Shown: positions 1 to 9,298, counted from the stretch's first letter. The stretch is 64,000 nt of DNA from an uncultured virus (IMG/VR IMGVR_UViG_3300007552_000001) (IMGVR_UViG_3300007552_000001); one strand, 5' to 3'. Notes: generated by a model not told the origin, from the sequence alone. Made by a program: numbers and translations.

Positions 1-1
1 A

Positions 2-1144
2 GCTGAAATTGAAAAGTTAACAAAGGAAAACAAACATGGTTACGCTAAAGATATTAAAAGATTAAAGGTTAGATTATCTGCGGTTAATATGATGAAAAAG
101 TTTAATAAGAACAATGAATCAGTAGTTACTGAAGCTAAAAACGACGGTAACTTAGACACTATTGCCGATTACGTAAAACAAGTCTTAGATGATGGTAAAT
201 CATTTATGGATATTGGTAAAAAACTTAAAGGTTCATATAAGTATGATTTTAGTACAGGTATGATGCCAATGTATATTATTCCAGTATCTGGAAATAAGAT
301 CGTTATTATTAATAAGAAATATGTTGAAAACGGACAAGCAGATAGAGTCGTTGGAGATATTGCTATTGGCCTAATGGAATCAATGGTTACTGAAGCTAAG
401 GGTTTTAAAAACGATGAAGATTTCGAAGAATTTTTAAAAGAAATCGATGCTATGCCAGAAAGAGCAGTTAGAAAGATAATGGGTAAAGAATATATCGATA
501 CTCCTGGTTTTTATCAAGATGAAAAAGACGATTATGATGATGTAATTGACTTCATGATTTCAAACATGGGTGCAAATATTTATCACCAATTAGAACAGTG
601 GTGGGAATTAAACGTAATGAAACCGGGTCTTAGAGAATCTAAAATTCAAATAAAAAGAAGATATACCGATAATCATCCTGCACAAACTTCAGGTAGAACT
701 GCTAAAGTCAGAAACGCAATGATCGAGGCATTAGCGGATGGTGTATTAACAGAAGAAGAATTCAATAATATTCTAAAAGAAAAATCAATCGATAATAAAA
801 GATGGATGAGAAGAAATTCTAAATACTTTACAGTAAGTGAAAATGGAATTGGTCTTTCTAAATTTGGAAAAAGAATATTAACTGGAATTAAACCAGTTGT
901 TAGTTTAACATTAGAATCTTTTATTAACGAAGCTAATTATATTAAATTTAAAGGAAAGAAAGTAGATATTAGTTCATTAGAAATGGAAGATGTTGATATG
1001 AAAGATTATCCAGATTTTTCAGATGCATACTTTAGCTATGGTGAATATTCTAATGGAAAAGAAATGACTGACGAAGAATTATCAGATTTTACAGATGATA
1101 ATGGAGACTTAGCTAATGAATTAGCACATGATTCCTTACATTAA
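2..1144 (+). CDS. 5'-truncated modular putative internal head (capsid-packaged) polyprotein
   Basis: Frame is open from nt 2, so the 89 ATG is probably internal. Unrelated modules are separated by ESVVTEAK, ESMVTEAK, LRES and LESFINEA. Confidence 0.6.
   Translation, partial: AEIEKLTKENKHGYAKDIKRLKVRLSAVNMMKKFNKNNESVVTEAKNDGNLDTIADYVKQVLDDGKSFMDIGKKLKGSYKYDFSTGMMPMYIIPVSGNKIVIINKKYVENGQADRVVGDIAIGLMESMVTEAKGFKNDEDFEEFLKEIDAMPERAVRKIMGKEYIDTPGFYQDEKDDYDDVIDFMISNMGANIYHQLEQWWELNVMKPGLRESKIQIKRRYTDNHPAQTSGRTAKVRNAMIEALADGVLTEEEFNNILKEKSIDNKRWMRRNSKYFTVSENGIGLSKFGKRILTGIKPVVSLTLESFINEANYIKFKGKKVDISSLEMEDVDMKDYPDFSDAYFSYGEYSNGKEMTDEELSDFTDDNGDLANELAHDSLH
116..139 (+). repeat. Linker repeat GAATCAGTAGTTACTGAAGCTAAA (ESVVTEAK), copy 1
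   Basis: Identical to 1509-1532; near-identical copies at 377-400 and 3686-3709. Confidence 0.9.
377..400 (+). repeat. Linker repeat copy 2 (ESMVTEAK)
   Basis: GAATCAATGGTTACTGAAGCTAAG. Confidence 0.85.
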
Positions 1145-1146
1145 AA

Positions 1147-1154
1147 GATATATA
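1147..1154 (+). promoter_or_regulatory. Putative late promoter (GATATATA)
   Basis: RATATATA recurs just upstream of virion genes throughout the window. Confidence 0.6.
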
Positions 1155-1178
1155 CTATTATAAACAAAACAATATAAA

Positions 1179-2705
1179 ATGAAACTATATACTAACTTCG
1201 ATAATTTTATCAATGAAGCAAAGGTTATGAAGCAGAAAGATACTGCTAAAATAGCACAAAAATTAGCAGCTGCTCTTTCAAAAGCAGACGGAAAAGAATT
1301 CACAATTTCTAAAAATTCATTAGATGCCGGTGGTTTTGATCTAGATATGGATGGAGACGAATATGCAGGAGGAACTTATTTTATTGGTGATGCTGGTGAA
1401 ATAGTAAACGCAGCAACAAGTAATGATGTATATGGTAACATAGACGATAGTGAAGCAGAATTAGTTAAGAATATTAAAAAAGGTAAATTTTCAAAATACA
1501 GAGCAACTGAATCAGTAGTTACTGAAGCTAAATCTAAATTTAAAATAGGCGATAGAGTTTCTATTCTGAGCAAAAGTTCTAAAAAACCCTTTGATTCTGG
1601 TGAAGTTACTGGCATACAAAAGGATGGTACAATTCTAATTAATGGTTTAGAGACTATTTCACATGAAGTAGCTATAGATGCAGAATTAGTTGTTAAAGAA
1701 TCAGTAGATATTGAACTTAATGAAGCTCTAGCTTCTTCTAAGTTAAGAGGATTAATAGACATCAAAAAAGGTGGTAAGGAATTAATTAAAGGTATATATG
1801 GTCTTGCTAAAATAGCACTAGATAAAGTTACCGATGATATGATAATTTCTAATAGCAACCCAGTTGAAGTATATAAGAAAGCAAAAACATTCGGAAACGT
1901 AATTGTATTTTGGATTTCTAGAAATGAAAAAGAAAACGAATATGCTCCTTCTTCAAGATATGTTGAAATGATTCCTGGAAATTGTTTATTAGCTGTTTCT
2001 AATGGAAAAAATGAAATGTTTCAGAACGATTCAATATGGAATAGAAACGATGACATGAAAGGGAAGCAGAAAAACACAAGAAGACTTAAGAACATGGGTA
2101 AATACCCTGGATCTAAAGATACTGTTGGTGTTAACAAATCACACAACCAATATAGTGGAACGGGACTAGGTAACATTAAAAGAATTGCAGAAGTGTCTGA
2201 CGAATGTTACATTATTAATTTAGACGCATTAAGAGATTCTTTATCTACTAATGACAAAACATCTGCAAGAGCAGAGGCAAGGTCTGGAGCTACTGCACTT
2301 ACAAACCCTAAGAAAATCAAAGAGGATAACTTAACAAGGTATAACGATATTCTTGCTAAGAGAGCCGATAACCCAGATAAAATAGACAAAAAGGTTAAAG
2401 AAATTATCGAAGATGCACATCAATTCTTAATGGCTGGTTTAGCGAAGAAAGAACTTGGAAATTATAATGAATTAACAATAGGAAAAGATCCAAAGGGAAG
2501 AGAAATTAGACCAAGAGATTTAAATAACTATATTTCAAATATATTGTCAGATTATCAAGGATATGTATCAGCATACGTTAATATGAAAACTGAAGAAGAA
2601 CAATACGGAAAAGCCTCTTCATATTATATGAGAGATGCTAAACGTAAAGCCCTAGAGCTTAAGCAAAGAATCGCTAAATGGGATAACAAAAATATAGTTT
2701 GGTAA
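1179..2705 (+). CDS. Modular putative internal head protein with N-terminal capsid-targeting-like peptide
   Basis: N-term MKLYTNFDNFINEAK resembles T4 IP targeting peptides. Internal ESVVTEAK and ESVDIELNEA flank an SH3/KOW-like module (FKIGDRV). Confidence 0.6.
   Translation: MKLYTNFDNFINEAKVMKQKDTAKIAQKLAAALSKADGKEFTISKNSLDAGGFDLDMDGDEYAGGTYFIGDAGEIVNAATSNDVYGNIDDSEAELVKNIKKGKFSKYRATESVVTEAKSKFKIGDRVSILSKSSKKPFDSGEVTGIQKDGTILINGLETISHEVAIDAELVVKESVDIELNEALASSKLRGLIDIKKGGKELIKGIYGLAKIALDKVTDDMIISNSNPVEVYKKAKTFGNVIVFWISRNEKENEYAPSSRYVEMIPGNCLLAVSNGKNEMFQNDSIWNRNDDMKGKQKNTRRLKNMGKYPGSKDTVGVNKSHNQYSGTGLGNIKRIAEVSDECYIINLDALRDSLSTNDKTSARAEARSGATALTNPKKIKEDNLTRYNDILAKRADNPDKIDKKVKEIIEDAHQFLMAGLAKKELGNYNELTIGKDPKGREIRPRDLNNYISNILSDYQGYVSAYVNMKTEEEQYGKASSYYMRDAKRKALELKQRIAKWDNKNIVW
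1509..1532 (+). repeat. Linker repeat copy 3 (ESVVTEAK)
   Basis: 24/24 identical to 116-139. Confidence 0.9.
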
Positions 2706-2707
2706 TT

Positions 2708-3025
2708 ATGAAAAAAGTAAAATTATTTGAACAATACATTAATGAATCAGCTATCGATTTATTAGCAGATGAAATAGAAGATGCAAAAGCATTTGATGCG
2801 TTTTCAGATGGACAATCAGTTCAAGCAAGATCTACTAAAAAAACATGGGACGATGGTGTTCCAGTTTTAAAGTATATTGCTAGAGCTCCAAAAAAATCTG
2901 TTAAATTACCTAAGAAATTTAAAGTAGTAGACGACACTAAATATGGATGGTGGTATTTACAAGTATCAGGAGTATGGTATGGTATTGAACAAAGTGATTA
3001 TGGAACACCGCCATTTGAATATTAA
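2708..3025 (+). CDS. Small putative internal head protein
   Basis: ATG at 2708 gives MKKVKLFEQYINESA, a capsid-targeting-like N-terminus. Confidence 0.6.
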   Translation: MKKVKLFEQYINESAIDLLADEIEDAKAFDAFSDGQSVQARSTKKTWDDGVPVLKYIARAPKKSVKLPKKFKVVDDTKYGWWYLQVSGVWYGIEQSDYGTPPFEY

Positions 3026-3028
3026 GAT

Positions 3029-5077
3029 ATGGAATTAAACGAAAACGAAAACTTATCACTTGGCGATATGGCCGGAATGGGAGAAGTCTCTTTACCATCT
3101 GAAACATCAGTTGGATCAGGGGATATTCCAGCCGGAAAAGGAGATGCCGAAGAAGAGTATAAGAAGAAGAGAAATAAAAAGAAACAACGCGAAATGAAAA
3201 ACATTATATCATTTGAATCTTTCGGATCTACTAATGAAGCTAAGGCATATAAGTTAAAGGCTTCTGAATTTGGTGGAGATACTCATTCAGCACCTTATAA
3301 CGTAAAGGGCGAACCTACATGGAGAGTTCATAGTACTTATGCTATCGATCAAGTATCTGGTGAAAACAACCCAGAAGAAAGAGATGTAGTTTTCTTTGAA
3401 GCAATGCCTATTAATAATGACATATACATTAAGATTGGTGGAATCAATAACCTTAAAAGAACTAATGGTTCTACATACGGTAATAACTTTGGTACTACAA
3501 TTGATGAATGGAAAATAGATCCAAAGGGAATTGCAAAAGAAGCTTCTGATTTTCTTACCGATGCAACACACCTTAAATGGATAAACAAGAAAGCAAGAAG
3601 TGAAGGCCAAACAATTAAATGGGCTTTGAAGGACGATTATTCTAGCGTTATTGAAGATCTAGTTAATAAATCATTAGGTCTTAGTGAATCAGCAGTTACT
3701 GAAGGTAAATTTGACGGTATTGCAGATTTGGTAAAATCTTTACATTTCGAAATGGATCCTAAAACTGCCGAAGAAAAGAAGATTGAAATAGGTTACAGAC
3801 AAGGAGAAGTAACAAAGCGCAAACAAATTGAAGGTGGTAATTATTCACTAAGAAGATTCAGAAAAGAAATTAAATATTGGGACGGTAATAAAAGAGATCA
3901 AGAATGGGCAGAAGGCGTATTTGCTGGTCCAGACCATTATAATACTGTAAAGTCAACTTTAGGAGCAGGTCCTCATAAGAAAGCTGCTAAGAAAGTAAGA
4001 TGGACTCAAAAGAAATATGATCAATGGTTAGAAGATGTTGCATCGAACGACGGTTGGAAGAACGCCTATGATATGGCACAAAACGCACAATTCGAACCAG
4101 GACTTATTGATTGGGTGGAGAAAAACTTTAGAGGTGAAGATGCAATGCAAAGAATCCAATGGGATATTGAAGCATTTGCAGAATCAACAACCACTAAACT
4201 GACTCATTTAAAATCTATTAATGAAAGTGCTGTTTTAGATAAAGAAACAGACGATGAAATATTCGATTCAGAAACATATTATACAATAAGTAAGGTTTTA
4301 GCTATTTCTAGAAAATCTAAAGAATGTAAAGAAGCATACAAAAGAGAATCTAACTTCGGTAACGGTTTACAAATGGCAGAGCGTTTAAAAAAGGAATTTC
4401 CAAAAATTCAATTTAGATGTAGAGTTTATAGATCAGAATGGAATTATGGAGGTAATTTGTGTTTAGCTATTGATCTTCGAGGAAAATCATGGAAACATGA
4501 AGTATTTAAGTTTTCGTCTAACAACTCAACTCGTAGACCTAATTATTCATTTGCAAAATTATTTAATGGAACTAAAAAAGTATCTACTAATGAAGTAGAA
4601 GACGAATGGGGTATGGGAATTGTTCACGGATCATATCAATCTATTTCTAGCTTTGATAAATTTATGGATGATGTAGTTGGAGTTTTCAAAGATTACAAAA
4701 GAGTAAACGGAGTAGAATTTGACATGAAAACTATCTTAGCAGGTTTTAAAGCTAATGATAAAATATTAGCCGAATGGACTAGATTAAAGCCAAGAATCGA
4801 AAAGCAATATGACATCGCAAAGGCAAGCGGAAGAAAAGCACATAGAAGAATAGAATTAAGAATGCCTTATATTAGAACGGCTGAAAAGAAAGTTTATTAT
4901 AAGACTGACGAGCCAAGAGAATTAAGACATCCTGATGAATATGGAGAAAGCGCTTATAACATTATAGATGGAAAAGATTATGCTAAATACGAAGCTGCTC
5001 AAGCTAAGGTTTCAGATATGATTGAAAAGTTTTGTAAGAAACATAACTTTGAATTTGTATGGGCTGCTAGCTGGTAA
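3029..5077 (+). CDS. Modular putative internal head polyprotein
   Basis: Internal MKNIISFESFGSTNEAK, LSESAVTEGK and LTHLKSINESA delimit modules. Confidence 0.6.
   Translation: MELNENENLSLGDMAGMGEVSLPSETSVGSGDIPAGKGDAEEEYKKKRNKKKQREMKNIISFESFGSTNEAKAYKLKASEFGGDTHSAPYNVKGEPTWRVHSTYAIDQVSGENNPEERDVVFFEAMPINNDIYIKIGGINNLKRTNGSTYGNNFGTTIDEWKIDPKGIAKEASDFLTDATHLKWINKKARSEGQTIKWALKDDYSSVIEDLVNKSLGLSESAVTEGKFDGIADLVKSLHFEMDPKTAEEKKIEIGYRQGEVTKRKQIEGGNYSLRRFRKEIKYWDGNKRDQEWAEGVFAGPDHYNTVKSTLGAGPHKKAAKKVRWTQKKYDQWLEDVASNDGWKNAYDMAQNAQFEPGLIDWVEKNFRGEDAMQRIQWDIEAFAESTTTKLTHLKSINESAVLDKETDDEIFDSETYYTISKVLAISRKSKECKEAYKRESNFGNGLQMAERLKKEFPKIQFRCRVYRSEWNYGGNLCLAIDLRGKSWKHEVFKFSSNNSTRRPNYSFAKLFNGTKKVSTNEVEDEWGMGIVHGSYQSISSFDKFMDDVVGVFKDYKRVNGVEFDMKTILAGFKANDKILAEWTRLKPRIEKQYDIAKASGRKAHRRIELRMPYIRTAEKKVYYKTDEPRELRHPDEYGESAYNIIDGKDYAKYEAAQAKVSDMIEKFCKKHNFEFVWAASW
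3686..3709 (+). repeat. Linker repeat copy 4 (ESAVTEGK)
   Basis: GAATCAGCAGTTACTGAAGGTAAA, 2 mismatches to copy 1. Confidence 0.85.
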
Positions 5078-5091
5078 TCTTTAAAATATTT

Positions 5092-5118
5092 AAACAATTT
5101 AAGAATGCTCTGTATAAC
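5092..5118 (+). promoter_or_regulatory. Putative middle (ECF-type) promoter AAAC-N16-GTATAAC
   Basis: Exact 16-nt spacing shared by 12 sites. Confidence 0.7.
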
Positions 5119-5133
5119 TACAGAGCATTTTTT
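5104..5133 (+). terminator. Intrinsic terminator overlapping the middle promoter
   Basis: AATGCTCTGTA-TAAC-TACAGAGCATT followed by T run. Confidence 0.75.
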
Positions 5134-5144
5134 ATTAATAGAGT

Positions 5145-5537
5145 ATGGACAAGATGAGATTCGCATTAATTGCACACGATAACAAAAAAGCAGACATGGT
5201 AGCATTTGTATCTAAGAGATTAGATTTCTTTAATAGCGATGCAGTAGACATAGTTACTACAGGAACTACGGGGAAAAAGGTAGAGCATGCTGGAATTGAT
5301 AGAGTTTCTACTGTTCAAAGTGGTCCTCTAGGTGGAGATGCTGAAATAGCGGCAATGGTAGTTAGAGGAGAAATCACAGGCGTAATATTCATGAGAGACC
5401 CTCTCGATAAACATCCACATGATGTAGATATATCAATGCTAATGAGACTTTGCGATGTCCATGACATCCCCTTGGCTACCAACTACAGTACGGCAAGTAT
5501 TCTTATCAAGTGGTATAGATCTAAATATAAAATATAA
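5145..5537 (+). CDS. mgsA: Methylglyoxal synthase
   Basis: ALIAHDNKK, TTGTTG, SGPLGGD, DPL..HPHDVD and DIPLATN motifs. Confidence 0.92.
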   Translation: MDKMRFALIAHDNKKADMVAFVSKRLDFFNSDAVDIVTTGTTGKKVEHAGIDRVSTVQSGPLGGDAEIAAMVVRGEITGVIFMRDPLDKHPHDVDISMLMRLCDVHDIPLATNYSTASILIKWYRSKYKI

Positions 5538-5562
5538 ACAATTTAGTTTTTTTAAGTATAAT
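5536..5562 (+). promoter_or_regulatory. Putative middle promoter AAAC-N16-GTATAAT
   Basis: Motif match. Confidence 0.7.
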
Positions 5563-5567
5563 ACAAT

Positions 5568-5813
5568 ATGGATAACATTATTTTCAGACCCGAAAACTTT
5601 AACACATGGTCAATTCAAGCGATAGAGAAAATCGAAACTGTGATTGATTCATGTTCTAGTCTTTCTCATCTAGACGGAGCTAGAAAATTAGTTGATAACT
5701 TTACTATCATAACTGCACTCGAAGAAGATGATGAAAAATCTATTGAAATAATTATTCACCAGTTGTGGCTCAGAATTAAGTTGCAAGAAAATAAAATAAA
5801 TGGATCAAAATAA
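5568..5813 (+). CDS. Hypothetical protein
   Basis: ORF tightly packed in operon behind a promoter. Confidence 0.6.
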   Translation: MDNIIFRPENFNTWSIQAIEKIETVIDSCSSLSHLDGARKLVDNFTIITALEEDDEKSIEIIIHQLWLRIKLQENKINGSK

Positions 5814-6294
5814 AGGTAAAATAGGATTTACAGCAGGGAACTTCGATCTTCTCCACCCTGGATATATTTACACATTCGAAACAGCAAAAGAACACTGTGA
5901 TTACTTTATGGTATTTCTGCAAAGAGATCCGTCTGAAACTAGATTTACTAAATACAAGCCAGTAATTCCATTATATGAAAGATATAAAACTTTAATGGCT
6001 ATTAAATACGTAGACGAAGTAGTTACATATCAAACAGAAGAAGATCTTATTAACTTAATGGAATTTTATAAACCAGATGTTAGAATTTTAGGAGATGATT
6101 ACATTGGTAAAAGATTCACGGGAGATCACATGCCAATCGAAGTTATTTATACAACTAGATCACATAATTGGTCTACGACAAGAATTAAAGATTTAATAAC
6201 TAAGCAAACCATCTTGCAGAATCCTTCTATTATAGAAGAAAATGTAAAGTCATTAACAGCTGATGAAGCGGCTAAAATAATTAATAACAAATGA
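5800..6294 (+). CDS. Cytidylyltransferase-family protein (TagD/RfaE-like)
   Basis: GNFDLLHPG (variant HxGH), YVDEV, GDDY, R...STT motifs. Confidence 0.85.
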   Translation: MDQNKGKIGFTAGNFDLLHPGYIYTFETAKEHCDYFMVFLQRDPSETRFTKYKPVIPLYERYKTLMAIKYVDEVVTYQTEEDLINLMEFYKPDVRILGDDYIGKRFTGDHMPIEVIYTTRSHNWSTTRIKDLITKQTILQNPSIIEENVKSLTADEAAKIINNK

Positions 6295-7220
6295 GAATAA
6301 TAGTAACTGGTGGATTTGGATTTATAGGATCTGAATTTGTAAACACGATTGGTAGAAAAAACCCAACAGCGGAAATCGTAGTAGTTGATAAAATGACTTA
6401 TGCTGCAAATCCAAATAACATTAAAACTAAAGTAACATTAATTCAGAAAGATATTTGCGAAGTAACAGTAGAAGATCTAGGAGAATATGATTTCCTTGTT
6501 CACTTCGCAGCTGAGAGTCATGTAGATAATTCTATAAAAGACGGTAGACCTTTCGTTAGAACAAACGTTGAAGGAACTTTCAATCTTTTAGAGTGTGCTA
6601 GACAAAACCCTAATCTTAGAAAATTTATTCATATTTCTACAGATGAAGTTTACGGCGACATGGACGACATTAGTAAGGACGTAGTAGCGGATGAAGAATT
6701 TCCGCTAGTAGCTTCTTCTTATTATTCGGCGACTAAGGCATCATCAGACATGCTAGTCCTTTCAGCTAACAGAACATTTGATCTTCCATATATTATTACC
6801 AGAACATGTAACAATTATGGTGCTCATCAGCATAAAGAAAAATTTATCCCAACTATCATGCGCTCTATTAAAGAAGGAAAGAAAATTCCTGTTTATGGAG
6901 ATGGAAAGCAAGTTAGAGAATGGATGGACGTAACAGACAACACTTTAGTTATTTATAACTTAATGATGTCAGACCGAATTAACGAAGTATTTAATATTGG
7001 TTCAGAGGAAAGATACACTAATTTAGAAGTTATTGAAATGATAGGAAACATCATGGGCAAAACTCCTGAATTTGAATTTGTAGCAGACCGTCTCGGACAC
7101 GATAGAAGATACGCACTTAATAGCTCAAAGGTAAATGCTATTTTAGGAGAAATGATCCCTTTATCCTTTGAAGAATTTTTAAAAGAAGAAACATTTAAAC
7201 TACTAGAAACTCAATTATGA
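6291..7220 (+). CDS. rmlB: dTDP-glucose 4,6-dehydratase
   Basis: TGGFGFIGS, HFAAESHVDNS, HISTDEVYG, YSATK, DRLGHDRRY. Confidence 0.93.
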   Translation: MRIIVTGGFGFIGSEFVNTIGRKNPTAEIVVVDKMTYAANPNNIKTKVTLIQKDICEVTVEDLGEYDFLVHFAAESHVDNSIKDGRPFVRTNVEGTFNLLECARQNPNLRKFIHISTDEVYGDMDDISKDVVADEEFPLVASSYYSATKASSDMLVLSANRTFDLPYIITRTCNNYGAHQHKEKFIPTIMRSIKEGKKIPVYGDGKQVREWMDVTDNTLVIYNLMMSDRINEVFNIGSEERYTNLEVIEMIGNIMGKTPEFEFVADRLGHDRRYALNSSKVNAILGEMIPLSFEEFLKEETFKLLETQL

Positions 7221-7432
7221 ATAAGAAATTAATCGAAATGCTAAGAGCTAGCGCCTTAGCTGAAAAATCAAAAGCACTTTTATCTTTAGATCTTTTAGGA
7301 AATAAAGGATCTGGTATCGGAGATCACTCAACCGGCGATTTCTATAAAAATGCAGAAGAAGCTTTATCAATGTTAGTCGATGCTGATGATAAATTAGAAG
7401 CACTTGACAAGTATTTTCCAGAAGACTTGTAA
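7217..7432 (+). CDS. Hypothetical phage protein
   Basis: ATGA overlap with rmlB; GIGDHS motif. Confidence 0.65.
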   Translation: MNKKLIEMLRASALAEKSKALLSLDLLGNKGSGIGDHSTGDFYKNAEEALSMLVDADDKLEALDKYFPEDL

Positions 7433-7461
7433 AAAATTGCACTTTTTTTGAAAAAAAGCAG

Positions 7462-7490
7462 CCCGAGATTTTTTTATCTCGGGTTTTTTT
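7462..7490 (+). terminator. Hairpin/terminator fused to early promoter
   Basis: CCCGAGAT-loop-ATCTCGGG followed by T7. Confidence 0.65.
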
Positions 7491-7510
7491 GTTATATTAG
7501 TATAGTAATT
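7469..7510 (+). promoter_or_regulatory. Early-promoter repeat copy 1
   Basis: TTTTTTATCTC...TTATATTAGTATAGTAAT, shared with five other sites. Confidence 0.7.
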
Positions 7511-7527
7511 AATAAACAAAGCAATAA

Positions 7528-8469
7528 ATGAAAAGATATTCGAAAGGAATTAAAACCAACGACCACACGTTAACAGATGTATTTTCAGCCTATGAATGTA
7601 ATAGAGAAACTCAATTCGTAGAAGCCTTTTTTGGCAAAGAAGAAATGAACACTGTAATCGAAGCATGTGGTTTATCCAGTATTGAAGATATAGACAGAAA
7701 ATTAGAAACACCTATCACAATTGGAATGGCAACCAAAAGAGCTGATCTTACGTTTGAAGACGAAGGACAGATGTATTATTTTGAAGTGATGAGTCAATCT
7801 CAAAAGGGTAAATGGGACAATGATCACCATGAACAGTTCTATCTTAAATCTAATAGACTTAAACAGGACTACGAACAAGTATATTCATTTGCAATCGCGT
7901 TTAAAGAATTCGACGCACCCTATCTTAATGAATTTTCTAAGATGGAAGATTCTTACGCCATACACTTGAGGTTTAATGACCAAGGTTATTTTGCAGATGT
8001 ATATGGAATAGAAGAAAAGAAGGAAAAGGTTTCAGTTAAACTCGCTTCGCTTGAAGAGCTTGGTTTAAAATGGATGAAAGTCGCTTCATCTGAAATGGGA
8101 TTCAAAAATAGAAAAGAATTACCACACCGTAGTAGATACCTTTATATTGGAAAGGCTTATACTGGTTCTAGATTAGGTATCGAATGGGTTATTAATCAAA
8201 AGAACCATGACCTTGGAATTAAAATATCTGGATATTTAGTTAAAGATCATGGACTTACTAGAATCATAGATGAAACAGGAAAGATAATTGACAGTATAAA
8301 ATCTAAAGTTCCAGGTTTTGAATTCGTAAAAGAAAGCACAGGTGCAAATGATAAAACAATTTCATTTAAATTTGATAACACTGATTTCTCAGAAGAAAAT
8401 GTAAAGCTGCTAAAGGATATCACAGTTGCTTTCGCCGAAGAATTAGGAATAGAAAACTTACTAAAATAA
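7528..8469 (+). CDS. Putative PD-(D/E)XK-fold nuclease-like protein (NucS/DUF4268-like)
   Basis: RADL...YYFEV..Q...D.DH pattern. Confidence 0.45.
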   Translation: MKRYSKGIKTNDHTLTDVFSAYECNRETQFVEAFFGKEEMNTVIEACGLSSIEDIDRKLETPITIGMATKRADLTFEDEGQMYYFEVMSQSQKGKWDNDHHEQFYLKSNRLKQDYEQVYSFAIAFKEFDAPYLNEFSKMEDSYAIHLRFNDQGYFADVYGIEEKKEKVSVKLASLEELGLKWMKVASSEMGFKNRKELPHRSRYLYIGKAYTGSRLGIEWVINQKNHDLGIKISGYLVKDHGLTRIIDETGKIIDSIKSKVPGFEFVKESTGANDKTISFKFDNTDFSEENVKLLKDITVAFAEELGIENLLK

Positions 8470-8476
8470 AACAAAG

Positions 8477-8653
8477 ATGAGCAAAGAAGACGTAAAGGTA
8501 TTGGTTAATCTACTAACCAATGCAGCAGATGAAATTAAGTATGCAAACATGGACCACGAAACACAATTCGCATATAACGAAGGAATTGAAGATCTAATAA
8601 TTCTAGTAGAATCAAAATTAGAAAAATTAGCCGTAAACAAAACGCATATATAG
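8477..8653 (+). CDS. Small hypothetical protein (58 aa, not in ORF track)
   Basis: MSKEDVKVLVNLLTNAADEIK...KTHI* fills the gap exactly. Confidence 0.6.
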   Translation: MSKEDVKVLVNLLTNAADEIKYANMDHETQFAYNEGIEDLIILVESKLEKLAVNKTHI

Positions 8654-8661
8654 AGTATAAT
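8635..8661 (+). promoter_or_regulatory. Putative middle promoter AAAC-N16-GTATAAT
   Basis: Motif match. Confidence 0.7.
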
Positions 8662-8677
8662 AGTTAAACACATTCTT

Positions 8678-8944
8678 ATGAAAAGTATCTTAGAAGAAGC
8701 AAACGAAATTGTAAACAACAGGAGTGAAGAAGCGGATCGTAATTACGGTCCTTTTTCAGAAGGCATGGACAGAGCTGCCCTAATATTTAAAGGTATGACA
8801 GGCCATGATGTAAGTGGCGCTGATATGTTTAAAGCATTAGTTGCTCTTAAGTTTTCAAGAGAAAGTTACAATCATAAAAGAGATAATCTCTTAGATGCAG
8901 TAGCATACATTCAAGGTTTAGATAATTACGAAAACGGAAAATAA
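8678..8944 (+). CDS. DUF6378-like helical protein (nucleotide-modification associated)
   Basis: ILEEA..IV..R....YG...K.SR....K.DN..D...Y pattern. Confidence 0.6.
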   Translation: MKSILEEANEIVNNRSEEADRNYGPFSEGMDRAALIFKGMTGHDVSGADMFKALVALKFSRESYNHKRDNLLDAVAYIQGLDNYENGK

Positions 8945-9298
8945 ATGAAAGTACAGGTAAGAAGAACCGAGTATCGATATATTGCCGAAGCAACTCCTAT
9001 CGTAACATTAGACACTGAAAAATTCCCTAATTATAAAGGAACAACTGAAGAAGAATTCGTTCAATACTTAGCAGAAAACTATTGGGAGCTTGAAGGAATG
9101 GACGAATTAGTAGGAACTGATATCGGGGTAAATGACGAAGAAACCCATAACGCATTAGGAGATTTGGTCTATTCCGAAATGGACGTATATTCTGATTCAT
9201 CTGAAAAAGGATATGAAGGAGAAATACAAATAGGAGAAGAAGACCAATCATACAGAAAACATGGAGGATTTAACATAAAACACGGATCACAAATATGA
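8945..9298 (+). CDS. Acidic hypothetical protein
   Basis: Coupled ORF. Confidence 0.6.
   Translation: MKVQVRRTEYRYIAEATPIVTLDTEKFPNYKGTTEEEFVQYLAENYWELEGMDELVGTDIGVNDEETHNALGDLVYSEMDVYSDSSEKGYEGEIQIGEEDQSYRKHGGFNIKHGSQI

Noticed and set aside
116..3709. Linker repeats or promoter repeats as a CRISPR array
   Set aside because: Copies are hundreds to thousands of bases apart, are in-frame coding or promoter-positioned, and no cas genes are seen.
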